Shown here in pieces: positions 37,996 through 50,502 of a DNA stretch of 64,000 nt. The DNA comes from Octopus bimaculoides. Its lineage: Eukaryota. Position 1 is the stretch's first letter; each line of letters begins with the position of its first letter. Under the pieces are notes generated by a model. The model did not search any database, had not been told where the DNA came from, and saw nothing but the letters and a program-made list of their open reading frames with translations. Made by a program: the position numbers and the translations under genes. The DNA is taken from assembly GCF_001194135.2 (NCBI RefSeq), contig NC_068989.1:69281170-69345169 (forward strand), given 5' to 3'.

Positions 37996-40779
37996 TTACT
38001 AATTTAACAAGGGTAAAGTTTGCTTTTTTTATAACCAAATGCCTTCCTTAACTAAACATTCTAAAATGTATGTTAATATTAGCTTCCATGCATGTAAACA
38101 TATATGTTGGGCACGTGTTCATCTCTGAATGAGAGCACACTGTGCGTGTGAGGGACGTCATAGGAGCATTATGGGTTAAAACTGGGACTCTAGACCCGCA
38201 TGGGCATCTGGGAAACTACAGTGTGACCGTAACCTATGATGGTGCTGTGCTATGTAGGTTGGAATAAAAGCATACAAAATTCCAGACGCAATATTCAACT
38301 GCTATTTATGTTACCGATCTCAGGTTAAAAGAAAGGCAAAAATCAAAACAACTACTTAAAAATGAAAGATAATCTGGCGTTCTGCTCTTTGTCATTCAAC
38401 CATCCCTCATATTAACATTATCATAATAATGAATATAAATAAATTTTCAAAGTATTATTTCAATTGTAAACCCATTTTCCGCTTGATAATATATAATGTA
38501 TGTAGAAAGAGCATATTCCATTTACTGATTAGTGTTCAGCGAGGATAAAAAATTAAAAAAAGACACTGCAAGATTTGAACTCACGAATATAGGACACCCA
38601 ATAATAAAGTTTCGATACGCGCTGACTTTCACAACATAAGGGCGACAAGAAAGCTTCTATGTTGTTTCTCGACCTGTTAGAAATTGCATCCAAATCTCTC
38701 TCAAATCACACACTTAAATATCGAAGGAACAGTAAATATAATATAGCCCAACACAATCCTTAAAAGACGGGATCGCCATAACTGGAATGCCTTTGACCAG
38801 ACAGAAGCCTGTGTGTTTGATTAGAGCTGGCTTGGTGCTAAATAATTCAACTGAGGAACAGAAACGGTGTCTCTTCTATAAGAGAATGAATAATTAACTG
38901 CAAATGGTGTAATGAAAGCCACTTAAAAACATCTTGTTACCTCGTCTCCTTCCGACACTTTTAATCATACAAATTATGCTGCATGTATGGTGTATGCAAG
39001 CACCTGTGTGAGTGTGTGCCTTTGTGCATGTGCGCGTTTGTGTGTGCATGAATCATAGATTCCGTGCATGCTCATTCATGCATATAAAATGCGTTTACTT
39101 TTGATTACATGTGGTAATATATTTGTGCTACTTATTGATTCTTTTTCGATAATACTCATATGTGTATGTATGTATGTATGTATATTAGACATGGGACCCT
39201 ACAATTGTGAATTCAAAGGGATCTGGGGTTGTCTAGTTTCGGAGTGTGTGAGTAGGGGGTGTGATTCGTAATCTCAAGCAAGGACCGATGGAAACGAAAG
39301 CTAACAAACACTAATACTAAATAACAATAATACTGAAACAAATCACATACACAAATGCTGAAAAGAATAAAGATTAAGAAGAATTAAAAATTAGTATAAT
39401 TCATCAAAGCGGGGACAGACTTCAAATAAATATAACGTATAGCTTCGACGGTCAAATAAAATCTATTTTATAAGACCAATCAACAAACAAACGGCCTAGT
39501 GGTTTTATTTCGTCTGTTCACTTTCTGTGATTAATTAAATACATTACGAAATTACCTCCGTAAAATAATTCGAGGCGATGATTTTTATATTTCCAAGTCG
39601 AATTATGTTAACAAGAACGTAAAAATAATAGACAGCGTAAATTTCTAACATTCGATTAAATAATTAAAAAGCAAAGCACTACAAGCGAGATTTTTTATAT
39701 CTACATCATAGATTTAGGAGGCGGATCCTTCCTTGCGTGCTTCCCAACAGAATAAGCAACCACAACACTAACAATATTATAGATTGTTGAATATAACAAA
39801 ACAAGAATTGGATTGAAATAATATCTAAAAACTCAATTGTTAACTAACTATTTGATAAATTATAGTAACTATTTTTAATTTCAACCGGTAATTATGATAA
39901 ATTAGGAAAGCCACAATCAAAACGGTATGCAAATAAAAGTCAATAAAAGCAAGTAATAACGAAACCAGACAAAAACGGTATTACTGCAGTAATACACAAT
40001 TAGCTCTGTGTGATATTCTGAATATCTCAGTTAATGTTAACATGATAAGTACTAAATGATTGCAAAAATTGCTTCCTTTGATTTTAAAATTCCAATATAT
40101 GTTTATTTTATACATAGATATAAATTTCAATTTCTCGGTTTATTTATAATGAAATAACAACTGTATGCTTCAAACATGCACATAGATTTTTATTGTATGT
40201 GTAATTATGCAGGCGTGCATTAATTTGGGCGCAAAATAAAATAATGAAGTAAAAAGAAGTAACAATGGGTGAATTTTTAAACCGCTTATTCAATAATACT
40301 CTTGAAATATTTTGTGAGGAAGTGTGGATTTAAAAGGTTAGAATAAACTTAGATGTATGTTATTTATTGATTGAAAATATATTTAAATAACTTTTGTTCT
40401 CTATAAGAAAAGGCTTAAGAATTATTTATGTTTATGTAAAGGGAATATGAGAAGGTTGGTATAAATTTCGTAATAAAATCGTAATTATAAAAAGAGGCGT
40501 CATCAGGGAAACAAAAATAGCAGCCGAAAGTTAAGTCGACAGATCCAAAAAATTACAACGGGACAAATTCAATTTCTTAAGAGAATAGTTAGAAAATAAA
40601 TACATTATAAGTCTCTAACTATTTCTATTTTGTTGATAAATTATTCACAAAGTGCAAAGAAAAATTAAGAGCAATTAAATTTAGCTTGTAAAATATAAAT
40701 TTATGTCCATAGCCAACGAGTCCGGTCTGCAAAAAGACAACACATGGGAAAGGAAAAGAAAAAAACAGAATTTCTTTAC

Positions 40780-40836
40780 CTGTTGAGTTGCCAATTCAAA
40801 GACATTGCTCACGATGCAGTCACTATCACTAGCCAT
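40780..40836 (-). CDS. UVRAG: UVRAG coding exon 1 (MASDSDCIVSNVFELATQQ)
   Basis: ATG at 40836 in GTA-ATG-G context with an in-frame TAA upstream. Ends CAG|gtaaag (phase 0). ELATQQ joins KRIRHL of the next exon, matching the recalled human ELPSQQ|RRLRHL. Confidence 0.85.
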
Positions 40837-41487
40837 TACAAAACTGCTTTGCACTAAGACTTATTTCCATGTTTGGTGCACAGATGTTAAGTGGATGTTA
40901 ATAAGACAGACACTCGCTGAGGACAAGACCACCATGTTTGTTATTATGCCAGATCACATGAGGAAGAATTGAAGGTGGGGGCGTCAACATTATAATTGGT
41001 TTTAAAAATATATATATAATAATTAAAATACAGGATATTTTTTTTTCCACTTTATTTAGTCATCCAACAATTTTAGGTTAGATTTTACATTTAATTATAT
41101 TATGAGCAGTATGACATTTCCGTCCTCGGTCTGAGATATAAATGGATAGGGCTAAATAAATAAATAAATAAATATGCTTATGTATGTGTATATTATATGT
41201 ATATATATATTCAGCTGGTCAGAAAAATATACAAAATTAATTATAATTCCAATTACTATTCGACCTAAGTTAATTTAGGAGAATTTATTCCAAGACCTCA
41301 TCAAATATATATATAAAGCATAAAAAGAAGGTAGACTAGGAAAATTAAATGATTTGATATAGAAACGGTATAAAAAGAAACAGAAATTTTATTGTGCAAA
41401 TGTTATTAAAGAATAAAGAAAAGTATTACATAATTTAATTTTATGCTGTTTCTTAAGAACTAAGCCCGGAGCAATAGCTGCACTTAC

Positions 41488-41525
41488 TTCCGCTTGTACC
41501 ACCGGTTGAGTGCTCTCCCTTGTAC
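41488..41525 (-). other. Putative non-coding first exon of UVRAG
   Basis: Consensus donor GAA|gtaagtg at 41487, and a candidate acceptor gtcctcag| at 40917 that opens the ATG-containing exon. The 5' boundary is a guess. Confidence 0.35.
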
Positions 41526-42218
41526 TTTTAATTTACTATAGCACGTGACCTTATGTTTTTCTACAATTTAATATTGAGGACTATCTAAGGTATTTATCAA
41601 ATTATATTGAAATATTTACTGATATTTGTCAGTATTTCTACCTCTTAAACTTATTGCATGCTTCAAATATTATTTTGAAATATCCTTCTCTCTTCAGTTT
41701 ATTATTTTGATTTGCAATTTCCTATGCTACACTATAAATATACACTCCGTCGTAATTCAAAATGCTTCGTAATTTTGTGATTCTGTTATAACGCAACAGT
41801 AACTTTTTTTATATTTTGCGCATTTCTCGTAAGAAATAGGTTCTGGGTTATTTTAGTAACTGGCTAGATTATCGACTGGTTTTCTCTTGATACAAAATGT
41901 TTCACGTCGTGGTTTACATTGATTTTTTTATAATTGAGACATCAACATTTTAATTTTTGCATAAAGAAAATATATTTGTTCCTTCAAATTAACAATTGTT
42001 TTAAGTATATCTTACTGAAAGACATTTGGATATTTATTTTGTAAAACTGGGCACATTTTTATTAGTCATTCGGGTCGGCGTGGAACATTGAATACAAATA
42101 GATTTCTTTAAAATTACGATCTTTCATGAAATAATATTTGGGTGTGAGAACATTAATACGAGTTTCAATTATTCGAAAAATTAACTTCTTTAATAAGTGA
42201 TCTTGAAATTTTTGTTTT

Positions 42219-42220
<2 letters not shown>

Positions 42221-42296
<76 letters not shown>
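42221..42296. repeat. (TA)38 microsatellite in the intergenic promoter region
   Basis: Perfect TA run. Confidence 0.95.
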
Positions 42297-42297
<1 letters not shown>

Positions 42298-43044
42298 CCT
42301 CGCGTCTCCCATGACTTTGTATATTTTGTAAACTGGGTATTAAAATAGCCGACAAAAGTCTCAAAGTCCATGCGTTAACGATTGAACTGCTAATATCTTA
42401 GCTTTAGATTAAAATATCGATTTATTCAGATTGGACATGCTGACTTATCTGTATTGTAATATTATTTAGCTTTAGTTAAACCGTCTTAAACATAAATATA
42501 ACTGTTTGTCTATGTAATTGTCTACCTGCGATATTCATTTTGAAATATGAATCACTTGAATCTTTCTTAAATAATGGGACACAACATCAAATTTACCACA
42601 GTTCAATTTTCATGTTAACTTTTCCATATTTTTGATGTATTATTTCAATCATTTCATTTTATTGAACTAACTCTAATACTTTGCTCATATCCAACCCTCT
42701 TTTCTATTATAATTCCACTGGCGTCTTGAATGCTTAATAGGAATATGTTAGCCTTTGTGTCTACCTTGTGTCCACTACTCAGTTTGACTACCAAGTTGTC
42801 AGTCTTTGTGGGCGGGGCCGTACTTTGATAAACTTCATGCACTCAAAGTTGTATTACTTCCGTCCTGCCTTTACTCAGCGTTTGGTTGGTTGTATTGCAA
42901 TTTGGCACGCTATTAAGCATGCGATTAAAGTATGAAATTCGTCTTTTAACACCAACTCTAACGTCTACTAATTCTCTTTTTATTCGGTACTTCTAGTTAA
43001 TTTTGATGCAAAACATTTGCTTTCATACTCGTCTCATAATAAAT

Positions 43045-43109
43045 TCACTTTTGCCGACCCTCTCGTATCGCAACACTTTCGCACTCCTCCTCATAGCAGC
43101 GCAGGAGCG
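43045..43109 (+). other. Putative non-coding first exon of LAMTOR4
   Basis: The first coding exon starts at an acceptor, so an upstream exon is needed. This C/G-rich segment ends in GCG|gtatgt and begins near an Inr-like TCACTT. Confidence 0.4.
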
Positions 43110-43879
43110 GTATGTTTGTCATTCTGAACTCTCTACAACAATCAGTATTATCCCCTGTGCAGATTGTTGACCGACATTCTGACGTACTAAATACCTTTGA
43201 TCTCGTTCTCATTTCCAAACCCGACCACTGCTTAATCAAAGCTACTGTCCACATATGCACATAGTACACAATACCCCCAACCACTGCACTCTGGCACTTG
43301 CAGTCAGCCAATTGGTCAGGGTTCCACCACTTATACTGTAGCAGTCTTCGTTAGTAATATGTAATATGTTACCTTTGACACACACAAGAGAACTGAGCAG
43401 ATTTCTCTTAGAAATAACCCTTTACATTCTCACTCAACCAAAACTAAGTTTATAACACAAGTGCAAGTTGTAGCAAATAGATGGTGGCTGTGATGATGAT
43501 AGTTCAAGACTACTATCTGAAATGCAAAACATGTCTGCATTCATTACAAGATGGGTAATCTCAGTTGCATTCCAAATTGGACTTTGTGGGTAAACATCAG
43601 GTAGAGAACAGTGAGTGGGAAATGATTGAGTTAGATATCACACTTACATAAATGCTGTAAAGGTCAGAGAGTGCTATAACATAAATTGTATTGGCACAAC
43701 CTGACAAAAAGCTTTCTAATTAGCTAATTATTTGCATGCTGAAACATTCTCCAACCAAACATAGATGTCACTGGCAGCAACTTTGCTTTCAAAGTGTTCA
43801 GTACCATCGCTGTGTGATAGAAGAAATAGCTAGTTTTAACAGAAACATGCTGACAGTGTAAAACAATGGAAAAAGAATC

Positions 43880-45135
43880 ATCACCGGAGTATGGCTCTGT
43901 AAGCAGTACTCCTGTGAAAAAAATTTCCAGTTTGGCCGCCCATTTTTTTGCTCCCATCTCCACTCTGTCAAAACTTTAGTTTTCCACTCCTTGGCACACC
44001 ACTACAAACACTAAGTGTAAAACAATTTCAGTCACTTCAAATCCACATGACAACCATCTTTGAAAATGTCCTTTCTATTTCCCTCAAATAGTAGTATTTC
44101 CCTGAGCTAGACAACCATCAATTCTCTACATGATCCTTCCCAATCTTTTAAAACATGCTGCATAGCATGGAAACGTTGCTAGAGAGAAGATAACTCTTCA
44201 TAGAAATGTGATATTGTAAAATACAGTGGGTGTGTATGCATGTGTTAGATTTCTATGCTGGACATCTTCTCTGACACTGTTTACTATCTACCTTTCTCCT
44301 TCCCAACATCTCAGTGGTGATGAGCACAATCATTAGCATTCACTTCCAATATCTCTCTCTCCTTAGTATTACTAGTATAATGGTCTAGATCCAGGTCTTT
44401 ATCGTACACCTCTTGTCTTTGAGAAGTTTATTGAAAGTTATGTCACTACACTTGAAATCACCAAAGCCTTTGAGTATATCAAGGATGTGAACTGCCAGTT
44501 TTCAATGCATCTCATCATTTGGATTGGAAGCTTCCTACCAGATCACATCATTGCAGTGTGTGCTTATGAGGTTCTCTCTAACCCAAATTCAATCAACTCT
44601 GGTGTACCACAAGATTTGTTTATGTGTCTCACACTCTTCCTTCTGTATACTAATGATCTGATTGCTGTCACCTCTATCAACACTGACTCCTATACAAATA
44701 ATACCACTGCCCATTCACTCCTCCTTAACCTCCTGCACACAGGTGTAAACCACATGTAATTTAGACACCTTTTGTTAAACCTACACACACTCAAATTAAC
44801 AGAGACTACAAAAACATCTTCCAACTGATTTATGATAATCTTGTATCTTTCAGTAGCACAAAAACATAATTAGTGTTCATATCAAGGAAACAATTTTTCT
44901 AGTCTTGGACAACATGCAACTAAAACCCTCAAAGGTGCTATAAATGATCTCTGAGCTTTCCGGCTAACTTCACACACACAGTATAACTAAATCTGCAATC
45001 CAAAGACTAATTTCCTTTTCAGGGTCAGAAAATACTTCAGCTCTGATCTATAACTATTTATGCCTTCCCTGCTGTTACCTGACTGTAGGTCTTGAAGCTG
45101 CTTAAATAGGGCCTGCAAAAATCATAGGTGCTGCC
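43880..45135 (+). mobile_element. Decayed LINE (L2/CR1/Jockey-like) reverse transcriptase remnant in LAMTOR4 intron 1
   Basis: LEITKAF...WIGSFLPD...INSGVPQD...LFLLYTNDL...SYTNN, degenerate versions of the DISKAFD, SGVPQG and YADD motifs. Confidence 0.75.
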
Positions 45136-45949
45136 TGTCCTTCAGGCTAAGGCATGTAAAGAAAACTTACCGTACACTACTACATCATTAGAGCATTACA
45201 CTAAACATAAACTGCATTGATCTCACTAGTTTGAAATTTCCAATATGTTGTATACAGTGTATTGGAAACTACCTCTTGTACACTGATACACCTTTTATTA
45301 TTGATTAGCATTGATAAATGTTTTGTAAATCTATGACTACTGTGAATCATAAGCCTTGTAGTGCTACAATTTTCGAAAAAGGTAATGTTAAATTTGAAGG
45401 AGATTTAGCTGCTAATTGTAGTAAATTGAACAACCATGAAGAGGTTCAGTGTCCATACCTGATATGCTGGAATGTAAGATATGATCTTCAACTAGGGCAG
45501 AAGTATCTTACATTTAGGGCAACATATTTGTGGGTTGCGCCTTGTCATTTGGTCGACTGCCTGAGTGTCATTGATCAGCTTGAGCAGAGATGCCCTTGGG
45601 TTATGCAGCAGGATTAGTTCCTTAAAAATCTTTTTAGGAATTAACATGTAATCTCAGAAATAGAAAATTAAAATTTCTTGCTAAAAAAAAAAATGGAATT
45701 GGTACTACTTCTTAGATTTACTAGATATAATACTTCAAAACGATAAATCAATTTGTTTAAGGAATCACAACTAATTAATCTCTAGCTCTGTGAGTCAGAG
45801 TGGCTGTTCCAGTGCACCTCCCTTGCCATCCTCTGAGGTAATACCTTTCCCATTTTGTCTGCTGGGACCATGAGGCAGGAAATCATATGTTCCACTCCTA
45901 ATAATATTTAATTTACTCTGTGAAGAATCACACTACAACCACTGACATA

Positions 45950-47350
45950 TCTACATCACAAAAGTGGGAATTCTTTCAGTTGTATTGTCAGCTTCAAGCA
46001 GTGTTCGATAGACTTTGGCTGGAGCAAGGCTGTTCTCAAAACTAATTAACACAAGCTGCAAAAATATTAGACTTTGTGCTAATGTTATTTGAATAGTCTG
46101 TGATATTGAATTCCTGTATCCTGTTTTGACTTAAACATTGATACTTGATGTTTTATTATATTGTTACCTAAATTACAGTGTGTCCCTGGAATAAGTTTTG
46201 TATAGGTTGTGAAAGTGTGCAGGCATTATAGAAAGAAGATCTGTTCAAGTGTATTATTGTATTCCAACTGCTCAATTGGTTGTGGGTCAGCCAAGAATCT
46301 GTACTCAAGAATTAATATTTTGTTGAAGAATTTCTAGCATGAAACAAAATTATTCAAAGTAAATGGAAAATAGTAGTATTTGGGAATCACATATTCTCAA
46401 ATTTCCCTATGTCAACCAATCTAACTGTACAATCTTACACAATCAGTGATTCTTCCAACACTACTTTGGCAAGTACAGTGATGAGGTCATAATAGGACTG
46501 AAATATTTCTTGGATTGTCTTTTCCTTGCTAAAAATTTACATTACTCATTAATATTGTCATTTGAAGAATTCTCTGCATTAAATGTGTGAACACTAACTT
46601 ATGTAAAATAGGCTCTTTCATACTTCAAATGTAGGGTCAAAAGTGAGTATTATACAAGATGTTCGATTAAAAAAAACTCCTCCAGATTTACCATGCCTGA
46701 TAAACATTTCAGCAGCAAACACAGTGTGTACCAATCCAAATCATTATAATAGGGAACATTAAAATATTAGCTACATTAAGACACTGTTACCACCACCTAC
46801 CTAAGTTTACTAGTGCCACACCAATAGCCATGTAAAATATGGGAAGTTTTTCTACTGCACACTGTATTTGAGGAGTGTTGCATATCCCATTGAAAAACAG
46901 CAAAGATATAGTTGAGGTTTTCATAGTAATAAAGAAAAGTATAAATATAATGTGATTGAGTTAGCAGTCAATAATAAAAGACTCTAGAGAGAGAGCTGTA
47001 TAACAGGTCTTTGGGGAACCCCACCACTTCCTTAGGCAAGTGTTTCAGCCCTTAACTCCTTCCACTATAAGGGAGCCAGGCTGCATCCAGGTCTCGCTTC
47101 AGAATAGCTCTCTTGCTGCCACATTCTGTGTTACTAATGGCATTGCAACCTGCACTTTTGTAGCTGGTCAAAATGTCCCAGAACCAAAATATCTTTGGAT
47201 GTTGTAACTAGTTCAGTCTGAAACTTTTTATTTCCAATTCAAGCCACACACAAGCTGTTTCTTTCCTTATGCCCATACAGAAGATGTGGAATTTACACTG
47301 CAAGTTGAAAAACAGCAATTAATTACATATGAGGGACCCTACTGGATTAT
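45950..47350 (-). mobile_element. Possible old LINE remnant
   Basis: Minus strand near 46440-46500 reads YYDLITVLAKVVVGRI, similar to the YRPISLLxVLAKxLE motif. Otherwise heavily decayed. Confidence 0.35.
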
Positions 47351-47687
47351 GGCTGTGAACTATATCTCCCTATAACACCTGTTGACTGAACAATTAAGAC
47401 TCAGTGTCATTGCTAAGTTACTGATAACAGGAGACAACATGGCAACAATGATAGTCAGAAAAAATTTTGAATTTGATTGATTCTTCTTTTTGATCTGTTT
47501 TCAGTTTCAGATATCTTTTACTTGTTTCTGTCATTGGACAGTGACCATACTGGAACACTGCCTTGAAGGGTTTTAGTTGAATGAATTGATCCCAGTACTT
47601 GTTTTTTAAATAAAGTCTGGTGCTTATTCTATTGGTCTCACTTTGCTAAACCATTAGGTTACAGGTACTTAGACCAATACTTATTAG

Positions 47688-47751
47688 NNNNNNNNNNNNN
47701 NNNNNNNNNNNNNNNNNNNNNNNNNNNNNNNNNNNNNNNNNNNNNNNNNNN
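47688..47751. other. Assembly gap (64 N)
   Basis: N run beside a (CA)n tract. Confidence 1.
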
Positions 47752-48172
47752 ACACAAAGACACACACACACACACACACACACAAAGATGCATACATTTT
47801 TATCATCATCATCATTTTTTAACGTCCATTGTCCATGCTGGCATGGGTTGGACGGTTTGACCATAGCTGGCAAGCAGGAGAGCTGCACCAGTCTCCAATC
47901 TGATTTTGTATGTGTATATGTGTGTACGCAGATACATGCATACAAAGAAGCTCAGCAAGCTGGGCTTCCTTCAGCTTCTGTCTACTAATCCACTGACAAA
48001 GCACTATGGTCGAGTCTGGGGTTATAGTAGAAGACACCCAAGGTGTCATGCTGTGGGACTGAACCCGAAACCATGTGGTTGGGAAGCAAACTTCTTACCA
48101 CACAGTCAAAACAACCAATATAAACAAATTTCTAATACTTTATTTATAATATTCTTTGTTGCTCTTTTGCAG

Positions 48173-48250
48173 ATGGCTGCTTTAAACATGGACAAAATTC
48201 CTGGCTCTGTTGGATACCAAATACTTAATGAAGAAGGTGCGATTCTGAGT
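48173..48250 (+). CDS. LAMTOR4: LAMTOR4 (Ragulator subunit) coding exon 1 (MAALNMDKIPGSVGYQILNEEGAILS)
   Basis: The ctcttttgcag acceptor is followed directly by ATG; AGT|gtaagt donor. Similar to human [21 protein letters not shown]. Confidence 0.92.
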
Positions 48251-50502
48251 GTAAGTAAAATTCTAATCATTTCTTCCTTGTTCTTTCACATTCGCTGTCT
48301 CCTCTAAAATACATGATATACATATATTCTCTGAATAATGATGATGATGAAAAGCAGTGTTGCTGGTGCCATGTAAAAAGCACTGGTGATAGTGTCACAT
48401 AAAAAGCACCCGGTACACTTATAAATGCAGTTGGTATTAGGAAGTGCATCCAGCTGTAGAGACTAAGCCAAGACAGGCTATGGAACCTGGTGAGGCCCCT
48501 GGCTTTGCCACCTCTCACCAAGCTGTCCAAGTCATGCCAGCATGGAAAATGGACGTTAAATGATGATGATCAATAAATTATAATAATCCTTTCTATAATA
48601 GGCACAAGGCCTAAATTTGGGGGGAGGAGCTAGTCGATTATATCAACCCTAGCGTTTTACTAGATACTTATTTTATCAACCTTAAAAGGATGAAAGGCAA
48701 AGTTGACCTTGATGGAATTTGAACTGAGAACATAAAGACATGAAATACACTAAGCATTTTGCCCAGCATGCTAATGATTCTGCCAGCTTAATAATATTAT
48801 TTGAAACCATAATAATGGTTTCAAATTTTGGTACAAGGCCAGCAAATTAGGGGAAAGAGTGAAGTTGACTACACCAACCCCAGTGCCCAACTGACACTTA
48901 TTTTATCAACCCTGACAGAATTAAAGGCAAAGTCAACCTTGACAGAATTTGAACTAAGAGCATAAAGATGGACAAAATGCCACTATGCATTTTGTCTGGT
49001 GTGCTAATGATTCTGCCAGCATGCCACCTTATTCTTCTGTAAGATAGTGATAAATTGTTTAAATTTACATACACTTTAAAACAAGTCAGCTTTGTATTAT
49101 AGAAGCAAGAGTAGTCGTTGAGAGATTGGTATTAAAAGTATTAAAGTATACACTCACAAACTGGTTTTCACTTCTTCAAGTCCTTAATCTTTTACTTTTG
49201 CAGTTCTTTATTTTATTCAGTGTTTTTGCCCATAGCTTTTATTTGAATATTAGCTGTAACAGGGAAATTTGATACAAGTTATGTATGAAATATATTTAGA
49301 ACTTCATAGCTGAGTATTGTCTTGTGTATGATATAGAGTGTGACTAAAGATCATATAAGGAATCCAATTTCATCTTGAAAACCTTGTATGTACACATTTT
49401 CCCTTTTACTATTTGTAAAACGTGTGTGCATACACAAGCACATATCTTACTGGAAACACTACTCACAATTCTATGGCTTGGTTTCAATAGCTGGATACCC
49501 TTTCTAACACCAACTATTTTACAGAGTTGTAGGTACATTATTTTCATAGCACCAACATTAGAGAGGTTGTCATGTCTTTGACATGACAAAATAAAACCCC
49601 ACATGTAACAGGGTGCACTGGGTACATATGGCACTAGCACAAGAGAGGATAGAGATGTTACTCTAATGGATAGAGAGAGCTGAATAACTGTGGCAGTGAC
49701 TGCTGGATGTTGATACCAAATAGCCAATGGAGAGGGAGTGTAGGCAATGTGTATGAAGTAACATGCATACTTGATGGGGTCCCTTATGCAGATTTCTCAT
49801 GATGGATGAGAGAGAGCAAAGGTGATAAGGCTAAAAGAGGATGGAGGCAGTTGAAGTGTTAGTGAGAGGGTCAGATAGGTCCAATGGTGTCCCTTGTTAC
49901 ACTGGAAGCAATGTTCAGTTAACAGAAGATATTTGTCACCATCCTTAATCAGACTGGCAGCACAGTACAGTCAGAATGAAAAGGGATGAAATTGACTGAG
50001 AGATAATAAAGGCATGGGTAATGTTAGTAGTATAAGTAAATATTAGTAAAGGGTTCTGTTATAAGAAGGATATATGATGGAGGGGCAAGTGTTAGGTGTA
50101 TTAGATGAGCTGTCAGAGAGGCTAATGATGTAGACCTAGCAGTATGCATATATACATAAAATGATAATGGTGATATATGTATGTGCATATGCATGTAAAC
50201 ACTCACATACAAATACACATGTTCATTTGCATATACTGTTGTAAAACGGTGTACTGAGTTGTGTCCCTTTCCATCAAAGGCAACTTAGCCATTCAACAAA
50301 TAGAAATCAATAAAACAAGCAGCAAATTAAAAGGAGTACTGAAGCTGATATAATCATCTAAACCCTTGAAGGGATTATCCCAGCTTGACCAAAGCCCAAT
50401 GACTGAAAAAACGTAATAGAATAAAAGAATCAGTGAAGAATTTAGTTAACAAGTGACAGGAAGAGCTTTGTTGCGGTATACATCTGAATAGACTAAGTCA
50501 GT

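Larger units (their letters stand above)
41480..43120. promoter_or_regulatory. Probable shared divergent promoter region of UVRAG and LAMTOR4
   Basis: Lies between the 5' ends of the two genes and is visibly richer in CpG than the introns. Contains a GC box GGGCGGGGC (42810-42819), ETS-type ACTTCCG (41486-41492 and 42856-42862) and E-box GTCACGTG (41542-41549, minus strand). Transcription start sites are not observable from sequence. Confidence 0.55.

Noticed and set aside
43045-43311. 88-aa Cys-containing minus-strand ORF near the promoter
   Set aside because: No recognised motif. It overlaps the likely LAMTOR4 first exon in antisense, and the locally higher GC makes a chance ORF likely.
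47906-48307. 133-aa ORF containing the LAMTOR4 N-terminus as a single exon
   Set aside because: The upstream part is SINE sequence and the downstream part is intron. Only 48173-48250, bounded by AG/GT, is homologous.
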